Shown in pieces: positions 9,744 through 18,312 of a stretch of 31,467 bases of DNA. This stretch comes from Candidatus Eiseniibacteriota bacterium (GTDB lineage Bacteria > Eisenbacteria > RBG-16-71-46): contig JANLWX010000131.1 in NCBI GenBank assembly GCA_031364845.1, positions 1 through 31,467 on the forward strand, written 5' to 3'. The translations under genes and the position numbers were made by a program. Positions within the stretch are counted from its first letter, which is position 1; each line of letters begins with the position of its first letter. The notes beneath the pieces are model-generated. The model made no database searches and was not told the origin of the DNA. It saw only the letters and a list, made by a program, of their open reading frames with translations.

Positions 9744-9900
9744 GGGACATCGATTGTGCACGGAGCCGGGCGCGCGGGCAAGGCGGTGGGGCACGTCCCT
9801 CGATCCCCATTGCTGCGCATCCACCGCGGCCCGCGGGGGTTGAGCGATTCCGCGCCACTGCTTTACTCTCACCCCAGGTGCCGACCCTTGGAGATCACTC

Positions 9901-10413
9901 ATGACCGCCCCTGATCCCTCCGCTTCGCAGATCGTCCGTTTGCGCGTGAACGGTGAACCCCGCGCGTGCGCGGTGACGCCGCATACGACGCTGCTCGAAG
10001 CGCTGCGCTACGGGCTCGGGATGACCGGGTCCAAGCAGGGCTGCGACAAGGGCGATTGCGGTGCGTGCACGGTGCTGGTCGACGGCACACCGGTGCTCGC
10101 CTGTATTTCGCTCGTGCTCGCGCAGGGCGAGGACGCGAACATCACCACCATCGAAGGCGTCGCCCGTGCCGGGCGCCCGCATCCGCTGCAGGACGCCTTC
10201 GATGTGACCGGGGCGGCACAGTGCGGCTTCTGCACGCCCGGGATTCTCTTGAGCGCGCTCGCGCTGCTCGAGCGCACCACGAGCCCGAGCCGCGAGGAGA
10301 TCGCGCAGGCGCTGTCGGGCAATCTGTGCCGCTGCACCGGCTACACCAAGATCTTCGAAGCGGTCGAACTCGCGGCTTCGCGCATGCGCGAGCCGGCGCC
10401 GGCGGTGGTTTGA
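9901..10413 (+). CDS. 2x[2Fe-2S] small subunit of a xanthine oxidase-family enzyme (HcrC/CoxS-like)
   Basis: GSKQGCDKGDCGACTVLVDG, QCGFCTPG and GNLCRCTGY; GGAG RBS. Confidence 0.93.
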   Translation: MTAPDPSASQIVRLRVNGEPRACAVTPHTTLLEALRYGLGMTGSKQGCDKGDCGACTVLVDGTPVLACISLVLAQGEDANITTIEGVARAGRPHPLQDAFDVTGAAQCGFCTPGILLSALALLERTTSPSREEIAQALSGNLCRCTGYTKIFEAVELAASRMREPAPAVV

Positions 10414-12914
10414 ATCCGCGTGATCCCGGGGTGAGCCCCGCGGCGGAGCACGCGAGCGCGCGCGAGTCCGCGAAGCCGGACATGGCGGTGCCGGCCGACC
10501 GCTCGATGCCGCGCGAGGACCGGCTCGCGCCGCCCGAGTGGCCCGGCGGCCGCGCGGCGGCTCCGAATCGCGAGTTCAACGTGGTCGGCAAGCGCAACCG
10601 CAAACTCGAAGGACTCGCCAAGGTCACGGGCCGCGCGGTCTATACCGACGATCTGACGCTGCCGCGCATGCTGCACGCAAAACTGCTGCGCTCGATTCAT
10701 GCGCACGCGCGCATCCTCTCGATCGACGCGTCGGAAGCGCTCGCGATGCCGGGCGTTCACGCCGTGATCACCGGCAAGGACCTGCCCGAATACTTCGGCA
10801 TCATCCCGTGGACCGAGGACGAGCAGGCGTTGTGCGAGGACAAGGCGCGCTATGTCGGCGACGCGATCGCCGCGGTCGCAGCCGACAGCGAGTACCTCGC
10901 CGAGGAGGCGCTCGGGAAGATCCGCGTCGAATACGAAGTGCTCCCGGTCGTCACCGACATCGACACCGCACTCGCGCATCCGGAGTGGAAGGTCAACGAG
11001 AAGGCGCGCGACGGAAACCTCTCGAAGCACGTGTTCCTCGAATTCGGCGACGTCGACGGCGCGCTCGCGGGCAGCGACGTCGTGATCGAAGGCGAGTACT
11101 GGTACGAAGGCTCGACCCACGCGCCGATCGAGCCGCACTGTGCGCTCGCGGAATTCGACGCATCGGGATTCCTCACGCTGTGGTCGAGCACGCAGGTCGC
11201 CCACTACCTGCACCGTGACCTCGCGAAGGTGCTGAAGCTTCCGACGCAGCGCATCCGTGTGATCCAGCCGGTGGTGGGCGGGGCGTTCGGCGGCAAGAGC
11301 GAACCATTCTCACTCGAATTCTGCGCGGCCAAGCTCAGCATGATCACGGGCCGGCCGGTCAAGATCCTCTACACGCGCGAGGAAGTGTTCTACGCGCATC
11401 GTGGCCGCCATCCGATGCGGCTGCGCTATCGCACCGGCGTGAAACGCGACGGCACGCTCACCGGCGTCGATGCGCGCATCGCGATCGACGGCGGTGCCTA
11501 TTCTTCGTTCGGGCTCGTCACCACGTACTACTCGGGCCAGTTGCTGACCGCGCCGTATCAGATGGGAGCCTATCGCTTCGACTCGACGCGCGTGTTCACG
11601 AACAAGCCGTGCTGCGGCCCCAAGCGCGGACACGGTTCGGTGCAGCCGCGCTTCGCGTTCGAGTGCCAGGTCGACAAGCTTGCCGAGGCGATCGGCATGG
11701 ATCCGATCGAACTGCGCCGGCGCAATTTCATCGGCGAGCACACGCGCACGGTGAACGGCATGCGCGTGACGTCGAACGGATTTCCGCAGTGCCTCGATGC
11801 GGTCGAACGCGCGAGCGGCTGGAAGGAGAAGTTCCGCCGGCTGCCTTACGGACGCGGCATCGGTATCGCGGGCAGCATGTACATCAGCGGGACCAACTAC
11901 TGCATCTATCCGAACGAGATGCCGCAGTCGGCGGTGCAGCTGAAGCTCGACCGCAGCGGCCGCGCGACGGTGTTCTCGGGCTGCTCCGACATCGGACAAG
12001 GTGTCGAGTCGGTGCTCGCCTACATCGTGGCCGAGGAACTCGGACTCGAACTCGGTGACATCCGCGTGGTCGCGGCCGACACCGACCTCACGCCGGTCGA
12101 TCTCGGCAGCTATTCGAGCCGCGAGACGTTCATGGTCGGCAACGCATGCCTCGACGCGGCGAAGAAGCTGCGCGAACTGGTCGCCGGAACGCTCGCTGAA
12201 CGCTGGGGTTGCGACCTGCGGCAGGTGTCGCTCGCCGCCGGCGTCGCGTGTTCGGTGCGCGATCCCGGGAGCGAGTGCATGAGCGTGAAGGAAGCGTTCC
12301 AGCTCGCGGAGGCGCGCCACGGCACGCTGGGTTCGGTGGGCTGGTACCAGAGTCCCAAGCTCGGCGGAGACTATCGTGGCGGCACCATCGGCGCATCGCC
12401 CGCCTATTCGTTCACCGCGCATGCGGTCGAGGTCGCGTGCGACGAAGAGACCGGGCGCGTGACGGTCGAAAAGATCTGGGTCGCCCACGACTGCGGCCGC
12501 GCGCTCAATCCGGTGACGGTCGAAGGTCAGATGGAAGGCAGCGCCTACATGGGATTCGCCGAGGCGATCATGGAGGAGCACACCTTCAAGCCCGCCGCGC
12601 CCGGACACGGCGCGGGACTGCACCACGGACCTTCGCTGCTCGACTACCGCATCCCGACCTCGCTCGACACGCCGGCGTTGCAATCGCTGATCGTCGAGTC
12701 GGTCGATCCCGAGGGGCCGTACGGCGCCAAGGAAGCGGGCGAGGGGCCGCTCCATCCGAGCGTTCCGGCGATCGCCAACGCGATTTACGACGCGCTCGGG
12801 ATCCGCTGCGACCGGCTGCCATTCTCGCCGCCCGCAGTGCTGCGGCTGCTGCGGGCCGGCGATGCGCGTGCCCAGTGGGAGAAGGCGCGGGCTAAGAAGG
12901 TGCCGGCATGCTGA
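10410..12914 (+). CDS. Molybdopterin-binding large subunit, xanthine oxidase family, 4-hydroxybenzoyl-CoA reductase alpha (HcrA)-like
   Basis: KVTGRAVYTDD, VGGAFGGK, CGPKRGHG, DIGQG, DLGSYSSRETFMVGNA, AHDCG and GAKEAGEG. Start uncertain: TTG 10410 (overlaps the upstream stop), GTG 10431 or ATG 10482. Confidence 0.9.
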   Translation: MNPRDPGVSPAAEHASARESAKPDMAVPADRSMPREDRLAPPEWPGGRAAAPNREFNVVGKRNRKLEGLAKVTGRAVYTDDLTLPRMLHAKLLRSIHAHARILSIDASEALAMPGVHAVITGKDLPEYFGIIPWTEDEQALCEDKARYVGDAIAAVAADSEYLAEEALGKIRVEYEVLPVVTDIDTALAHPEWKVNEKARDGNLSKHVFLEFGDVDGALAGSDVVIEGEYWYEGSTHAPIEPHCALAEFDASGFLTLWSSTQVAHYLHRDLAKVLKLPTQRIRVIQPVVGGAFGGKSEPFSLEFCAAKLSMITGRPVKILYTREEVFYAHRGRHPMRLRYRTGVKRDGTLTGVDARIAIDGGAYSSFGLVTTYYSGQLLTAPYQMGAYRFDSTRVFTNKPCCGPKRGHGSVQPRFAFECQVDKLAEAIGMDPIELRRRNFIGEHTRTVNGMRVTSNGFPQCLDAVERASGWKEKFRRLPYGRGIGIAGSMYISGTNYCIYPNEMPQSAVQLKLDRSGRATVFSGCSDIGQGVESVLAYIVAEELGLELGDIRVVAADTDLTPVDLGSYSSRETFMVGNACLDAAKKLRELVAGTLAERWGCDLRQVSLAAGVACSVRDPGSECMSVKEAFQLAEARHGTLGSVGWYQSPKLGGDYRGGTIGASPAYSFTAHAVEVACDEETGRVTVEKIWVAHDCGRALNPVTVEGQMEGSAYMGFAEAIMEEHTFKPAAPGHGAGLHHGPSLLDYRIPTSLDTPALQSLIVESVDPEGPYGAKEAGEGPLHPSVPAIANAIYDALGIRCDRLPFSPPAVLRLLRAGDARAQWEKARAKKVPAC

Positions 12915-13897
12915 CGCTGCCCGCGTTCGAATGGGTGCGACCGCGCACGCTCGATGATCTGATGGCGTTCCTCGCCGAACACGGCGACGAAAGCCTCGTG
13001 GTCGCAGGGGGGACGGACGCCGTGCCGAACCTCAAGCACCGGCTGCACGAACCCCGCTATGTCGTTCACATCGGAGCGATTGCGGAGCTCGCGGGTATCC
13101 GCCACGAGCCCGACGCTCTGTATCTGGGCCCGCTGGTTCCTTTGAACGCGATCGCGCTCGACACTCGCATCCGCTCGGAGTTCCCGTCGCTCGCGAAGGC
13201 GGCGGGTCTCGTCGCCGGACCGCAGTTGCGCAACATGGGCACGATCGGTGGCAACCTGTGCCTCGACACGCGCTGCACCTACTACAACCAGACGCTGTTC
13301 TGGCGCCAGGCGCTCGGCTTCTGTCTCAAGAAGAGCGGCACCGTGTGCCACGTGGTGCCGAACGGCAAGCGCTGCGTTGCCGCGCACGCGTCGGATGTGG
13401 CACCGGTGTTGATCTCGCTCGGCGCCGAAGTCGAGATCGCGAACGCCGCCGGCCGCCGCACGATTGCGGTCGCCGACTTCTTCGTCGCGGATGGTGTTCA
13501 CAACAACGTGCTCGCGCCGGGCGATCTGGTCACGCGCATTTCGATTCCGGCGATCGCGCGCGGCATGAAGGCCGGCTACCAGAAGCTGCGCCCGCGGGCG
13601 GCGATCGATTTCCCGATGCTGTCGGTCGCGTTCGCCGCGCGGGTTTCGAACGGTGTATGCGATGAGGCGCGGCTCGTGGTCAGCTCGATCGCGGCCAAGC
13701 CACGCGTGATCTCGGGCGTGGCAACGATCGTCTCTGGCAAGCCGCTGGACGAAGCCGCCGCACAGGCACTGGGTGCCGCCGCCTACCAGCAGTGCCATCC
13801 TCTGATCAACGTCGCCTACGACCAGGACTACCGGCGCGAGATGGTGCCGGTCTACGTGCGTCGCGCGGTGCGCGAGGCGGCAGGAGTGAACGAATGA
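12908..13897 (+). CDS. FAD-binding medium subunit with [4Fe-4S] insertion (HcrB-like)
   Basis: AGGTD and LRNMGTIGGNLC, followed by the Cys-rich insertion RCTYYNQTLFWRQALGFCLKKSGTVCHVVPNGKRC, then YQKLRPRAAIDFP. Confidence 0.9.
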   Translation: MLTLPAFEWVRPRTLDDLMAFLAEHGDESLVVAGGTDAVPNLKHRLHEPRYVVHIGAIAELAGIRHEPDALYLGPLVPLNAIALDTRIRSEFPSLAKAAGLVAGPQLRNMGTIGGNLCLDTRCTYYNQTLFWRQALGFCLKKSGTVCHVVPNGKRCVAAHASDVAPVLISLGAEVEIANAAGRRTIAVADFFVADGVHNNVLAPGDLVTRISIPAIARGMKAGYQKLRPRAAIDFPMLSVAFAARVSNGVCDEARLVVSSIAAKPRVISGVATIVSGKPLDEAAAQALGAAAYQQCHPLINVAYDQDYRREMVPVYVRRAVREAAGVNE

Positions 13898-14805
13898 ACT
13901 GGGACGACCGGCCGGGACGCACCGGCGATGACGATGTGTGGCAGTCGCTGGCCGCATGGCGCGCGTCGCGGCGCCGGTTCGTGCTCGCGACGGTAGTCGA
14001 GTCGCGCGGATTCACACCGCGCAAGGCGGGCGCCCACATGCTGATCGCGGACGACGGTGCGACCGTCGGAACGATCGGCGGTGGTGCAATCGAGAACGAA
14101 GTGCTCGACCATGCGCGCGCGCTGTTGCGCGACGGCGGCTCCGAGGTGATGAAGAAGCACCTTACGCAGGAACTGGGCATGTGCTGCGGCGGCGAGATGA
14201 CGGTGTTCCTCGAAGTGGTGGAGCCGCGGCCGCGGTTGTGGCTGTTCGGCGCGGGCTACATCGCGAAGCCGCTCGCCGCGATCGCGGCGGGTTGCGGTTT
14301 CGAAGTCACGGTCGTCGACGGCCGCGCCGAGTGGGCGACGCCGGAGCGGTTCCCGACGTCGACGGTGATCGTCCAGGAGCCGGCAGATTTCGCGCGCGCG
14401 CTCGAAACCGCGCCCGCCGACTACGTCGTGATCGTGACGCACGATCACGCGCTCGATCAGCGCCTCGTCCAGCACCTGCTGCCGCGATCACTCCGGTTCA
14501 TCGGCATGATCGGCAGCATCCCGAAGCAGCGGAAATTCGCGCTGCGCCTGCGCGCACGCGGATTCGCCGACCACGACATCGCACGGCTGCGCACGCCGCT
14601 CGGCGTGGCGATCGGCGCGAGCACGCCCGAGGAGATCGCGGTGAGCGTGATGGGCGAGCTGATCGCGACCCGTCGCGGCGCGACGCCTGCGGCGGGCTGG
14701 GTGCCGCCCGCGCGTCCCATGGGCGACGCGCGTTCGGTGCCGGCCGCGGACGACTCCGATTCGCCGGCCGCCGGTGCGCCCCACGTCTCGCGACGTTCGG
14801 GATGA
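13894..14805 (+). CDS. xdhC: XdhC/CoxI family molybdenum cofactor insertion chaperone
   Basis: ATGA overlap with the upstream gene. GFTPRKAGA, GTIGGG, LGMCCGG, FGAGYIA, VTHDHALD, GMIGS and PEEIAVS. Confidence 0.92.
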   Translation: MNWDDRPGRTGDDDVWQSLAAWRASRRRFVLATVVESRGFTPRKAGAHMLIADDGATVGTIGGGAIENEVLDHARALLRDGGSEVMKKHLTQELGMCCGGEMTVFLEVVEPRPRLWLFGAGYIAKPLAAIAAGCGFEVTVVDGRAEWATPERFPTSTVIVQEPADFARALETAPADYVVIVTHDHALDQRLVQHLLPRSLRFIGMIGSIPKQRKFALRLRARGFADHDIARLRTPLGVAIGASTPEEIAVSVMGELIATRRGATPAAGWVPPARPMGDARSVPAADDSDSPAAGAPHVSRRSG

Positions 14806-14863
14806 TGCAGTACTGTTTCGCCGCGCGCTTCACGGTGTCGTCATTCCCGATTTCGGAGGAAGC

Positions 14864-15532
14864 ATGATCGTCGGTGTTCTGTTGGCCGCGGGTGCATCGA
14901 CCCGCATGGGTTCTCCGAAACCGCTCGTGACGACCAAGGGTGGCAGCTTCCTGACGCGCGGCGTGCGTCATCTATGGAGCGCGTGCGATCAGGTGGTGGT
15001 GGTGCTGGGCTCGAATGCCAAGCGCATCCGCGAGTCGGTCGAGCTGGAGTTCGCCTCGCTCATCGAACGCGGCGAACTGCGCCAGGAACTGGCTGCCGCC
15101 CAGAAGAAGGGATCCGAAGGCTTCGAAGTCCACTTCATCGACAACAGTGAGTGGCGCAAAGGCATGTATCACTCGGCGCGCGCGGGCTTGAAGGAAGCGC
15201 TGCAGGAAAAGCCCGAAGCGGTGCTGCTGCTGCCGGTTGATCATCCGATCGTGAAGCCGGCGACCGTCAGCGCGCTCGCCGAGTTGATCCGCGCGGCGAT
15301 CACCGCGTGTCCCGCCAAGGAGCGCGCGTCGTATGCCTACGCGATCGTTCCGCGCTACCGGCGTCATCGCGGACATCCGGTGGCGATGTCCCCGGCGCTG
15401 GCCGCGGCGATAGCGCGCGACACGACCGCCGAGACGTTGAGCGATGCGATCCGCCGCCACGCGCGCCTCGTGGGATACCTCGATGTGACCGATCCCGGAG
15501 TGGTGCGCAACGTCAATCGCAGAGGCGACTGA
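14864..15532 (+). CDS. Nucleotidyltransferase, MocA (molybdenum cofactor cytidylyltransferase)-like
   Basis: GGAGGA RBS. LLAAGASTRMGSPK, WRKGMYHS, PVDHP and RGHPV; lies next to xdhC. Confidence 0.85.
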   Translation: MIVGVLLAAGASTRMGSPKPLVTTKGGSFLTRGVRHLWSACDQVVVVLGSNAKRIRESVELEFASLIERGELRQELAAAQKKGSEGFEVHFIDNSEWRKGMYHSARAGLKEALQEKPEAVLLLPVDHPIVKPATVSALAELIRAAITACPAKERASYAYAIVPRYRRHRGHPVAMSPALAAAIARDTTAETLSDAIRRHARLVGYLDVTDPGVVRNVNRRGD

Positions 15533-15541
15533 TCACCCTTC

Positions 15542-16735
15542 ATGAGCCTGCTCAAGTCGACACCCTTCCATCCGCGCACCGCGCCGCTGGTCCGCGCCCA
15601 GACCTGGCGCCGCTGGTCCGGTTTCCAGATGGCGAGCAGCTACGATCCGCATCCGGGGCGCGAGTACGCTGCGATCCGTAACGCGGCGGCGTTGTTCGAC
15701 GTGTCGCCGCTCCACAAGTACCGGATCACCGGGCGCGACGCGGCACGACTGCTGGATCGCATGGTCACGCGCGACGTCACCCGGCTCGCGGTCGGGCAGG
15801 TCTACTACACGCCGTGGTGCGATGGGGCGGGCAAGGTGATCGACGACGGCACCGTGAGCCGGCTCGACGAAAAGACCTACCGGCTCACGAGCGCGGACTC
15901 GTCGCTGCGCTGGCTGCACTTGAATGCGCGGGGCATGGAGGTGGTGATCGAGGATGTGTCCGAGCGGCTCGGAGCGCTGGCACTCCAGGGGCCGCTGTCG
16001 CGCGCGATTCTCGAGCAGATGTCGCCGTCCGACCTCCGCCATCTTGCCTACTTCCGCCTGATCGAGACGACGGTGTCGGGCATCCCGGTGACGATCTCAC
16101 GCACGGGCTACACCGGGGACCTGGGCTACGAACTGTGGGTCGATGCGAGCCGCGCGGTGGAACTGTGGGACGCGCTGATCGAAGCCGGCGGTCCATTCGG
16201 CATCGTCCCCGCCGGGGTGTGGGCGCTGGATCTCGCACGCATCGAAGCGGGGCTCATCATGCTCGACGTCGACTACTTCTCCTCGCACCATGCCCTCACC
16301 GAAGCGCGCAAGTCCTCGCCGTTCGAGATCAATCTGGGCTGGGCCGTGAGCCGCGGGAAGGGGCCTTACAACGGACGTCAGGCGCTCGAGGCGGAGCGCG
16401 CGCGCGGCCCGGCATGGGGATTCACCGGGCTCGAGGTCGACTGGGAGTCGTTCGCGCGTCCGTTCGCCGAGCATCATCTGCCGCCCCAGATCCCCGAAGT
16501 GGCGTGGCGCTCGAGCGTCCCGGTCTACCGCGAGGGGAACGCGATCGGCTATGCCACGAGCGGGTGCTGGTCGCCGCTCCTGAAGACGTCACTCGCTCTC
16601 GCGCACCTCAGGGCTCCACACTTGGCACCGGGGACCCGCGTGAAGATCGAGATCACGGTGGAGCACCGGCGCCGCACCGCCGACGCCGTGGTGCGAAAGC
16701 TCCCGTTCTTCGATCCGGAGCGAAAGAAGTCATGA
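15542..16735 (+). CDS. Aminomethyltransferase family protein (GcvT/LigM/DmdA-like, folate-binding)
   Basis: TPFHPR, FDVSPLHKY, GKVIDDG, LQGPLSR, SRTGYTGDLGYELW and ARIEAG. No gcvH or gcvP in the window. Confidence 0.9.
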   Translation: MSLLKSTPFHPRTAPLVRAQTWRRWSGFQMASSYDPHPGREYAAIRNAAALFDVSPLHKYRITGRDAARLLDRMVTRDVTRLAVGQVYYTPWCDGAGKVIDDGTVSRLDEKTYRLTSADSSLRWLHLNARGMEVVIEDVSERLGALALQGPLSRAILEQMSPSDLRHLAYFRLIETTVSGIPVTISRTGYTGDLGYELWVDASRAVELWDALIEAGGPFGIVPAGVWALDLARIEAGLIMLDVDYFSSHHALTEARKSSPFEINLGWAVSRGKGPYNGRQALEAERARGPAWGFTGLEVDWESFARPFAEHHLPPQIPEVAWRSSVPVYREGNAIGYATSGCWSPLLKTSLALAHLRAPHLAPGTRVKIEITVEHRRRTADAVVRKLPFFDPERKKS

Positions 16736-18312
16736 GCGCCCGCTACGACGCGATCGTGATCGGCGGCGGGCACAACGGCCTGGTCGCCGCCGCATACCTG
16801 GCGCGCGCGGGCCGCAGGACGCTGGTGCTCGAGCGCCGGGAGGTGCTGGGTGGTGCGGCGGTCACCGAGGAGATCTTCCCGGGTTTCAAGTTCTCCGTGT
16901 TCTCCTACGTCGTGAGCCTGCTGCGCCCCGAGATCATCCGCGATCTGGATCTGCCGCGTCACGGGCTCCAGATCCTCCCGCTCGAGAGCACGATCACGCC
17001 GATGGACAACGGCGACTACCTGGGCTCGTGGTCCGACCCCGACGAGTCGCGCGAGGAACTGCGCCGGCACTCGCCGCGGGATGCCGATGCCGCGGCGATC
17101 TTCGGACGGCTCATGCACCACATGGCGATGGCGGTGCGGCCGATCCTCTCGATGGTGCCTCCCGACCCGACGTCGCTCTCGCCGCGCGACCTCATGGGGC
17201 TGCTGCGCGTGGGCGGACACTTCCGCTCGCTCGGGGCCGAGAACTTTCACGCGCTCCACAAGCTCATGACCATGAGCAGCGCCGATTATCTGGACGAGTG
17301 GTTCGAGTTCGATACGCTCAAGGCCACCAAGTCGGCGAGCGGCATCATCGGCACCTTCCTGGGCCCGCGCTCGCCGGGATCGGCCTACGTGCTGCTCCAC
17401 CATTACATGGGGGAGATCGACGGCGCGTTCCGCGCGTGGGGATTCCAGAAGGGTGGAACCGGTGCCATCAGCGGCGCGATCGCGAGTGCCGCACGGGCCC
17501 ACGGGGCCGAGATCCGCACCGGCGCTGCGGTCGAGCGCGTGCTGGTGCGCGAGGGGCGGGCGACCGGCGTGGCGCTCGCGAACGGTGAGGAGATCGCCGC
17601 CGGCATCGTCGTGTCGGGGCTCGACCCGCGCGTCACCTTCACGCGGCTGGTCGAGCCCAAGACCCTGCCCGCCAACCTGGTCGAGGGTGTGAGCCGCTAC
17701 AAGTTCCGCGGCTCGTCGGGCAAGGTGAACCTGGCGCTCTCGGGGCTTCCGAACTTCACCTGCCTGCCCGGGGCGGGGCCGCACCTGCGCGGGGCGATCT
17801 CGATCAGTCCGAGTGTGCGATACCTCGAGCGCGCATACGACGACGCCAAGTACGGCGAGTTCTCGAAGAATCCGTACATGGACATCGTGATTCCCTCGAT
17901 GATCGATCCCGGCATGGCGCCGCCCGGGAAACACGTGATGAGCATCTTCGTCCAGTACGCGCCCTATGCGCTCGACGGCGGCTGGACCGATGAGCGGCGC
18001 GAGGCGTTCGGCGACACGGTGGTGAAGACGCTGGCGTGCTACGCGCCCAACATCGAATCGCTGATCCTGCATCGGCAGGTGCTCACCCCCATGGACATCG
18101 AGCGCATCACCGGACTCTCCGAGGGCAACATCTTTCAGGGCGAGCTGGCGCTGCAGCAGCTCTTCTTCCTGCGTCCGGTGCCGCGCTGGGCGCGCTACCA
18201 CACGCCGATCCGCGGCTACTGGCAGTGCGGAGCGGGCACGCATCCCGGCGGCGGCATCATGGGTGCGTCGGGCCGGCTCGCAGCGCTCGAGATCCTCAGG
18301 GCTTCGCGATGA
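16732..18312 (+). CDS. Phytoene desaturase-like NAD(P)/FAD oxidoreductase (COG1233/PYROXD2-like), copy 1
   Basis: ATGA overlap. YDAIVIGGGHNGL, LGGAAVTEE, AYVLLHHYMGE, GNIFQGEL and GAGTHPGGGIMGASG. Confidence 0.9.
   Translation: MSARYDAIVIGGGHNGLVAAAYLARAGRRTLVLERREVLGGAAVTEEIFPGFKFSVFSYVVSLLRPEIIRDLDLPRHGLQILPLESTITPMDNGDYLGSWSDPDESREELRRHSPRDADAAAIFGRLMHHMAMAVRPILSMVPPDPTSLSPRDLMGLLRVGGHFRSLGAENFHALHKLMTMSSADYLDEWFEFDTLKATKSASGIIGTFLGPRSPGSAYVLLHHYMGEIDGAFRAWGFQKGGTGAISGAIASAARAHGAEIRTGAAVERVLVREGRATGVALANGEEIAAGIVVSGLDPRVTFTRLVEPKTLPANLVEGVSRYKFRGSSGKVNLALSGLPNFTCLPGAGPHLRGAISISPSVRYLERAYDDAKYGEFSKNPYMDIVIPSMIDPGMAPPGKHVMSIFVQYAPYALDGGWTDERREAFGDTVVKTLACYAPNIESLILHRQVLTPMDIERITGLSEGNIFQGELALQQLFFLRPVPRWARYHTPIRGYWQCGAGTHPGGGIMGASGRLAALEILRASR

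Noticed and set aside
9966..10409. N-terminal extensions of the ORF-track calls (9966, 1873, 13792, 15814, 18036, 19559, 24604, 29631, 6279)
   Set aside because: They overlap upstream genes in another frame. Better starts coincide with RBSs or stop/start overlaps, so these are not fusion proteins.
9901..13897. Aerobic CO dehydrogenase (coxSLM)
   Set aside because: The large subunit lacks the AYxCSFR/AYxGAGR active-site loop and has CGPKRGHG instead.
15542..16735. Glycine cleavage system T protein (gcvT)
   Set aside because: No gcvH/gcvP nearby, and the context points to a stand-alone GcvT-fold protein.
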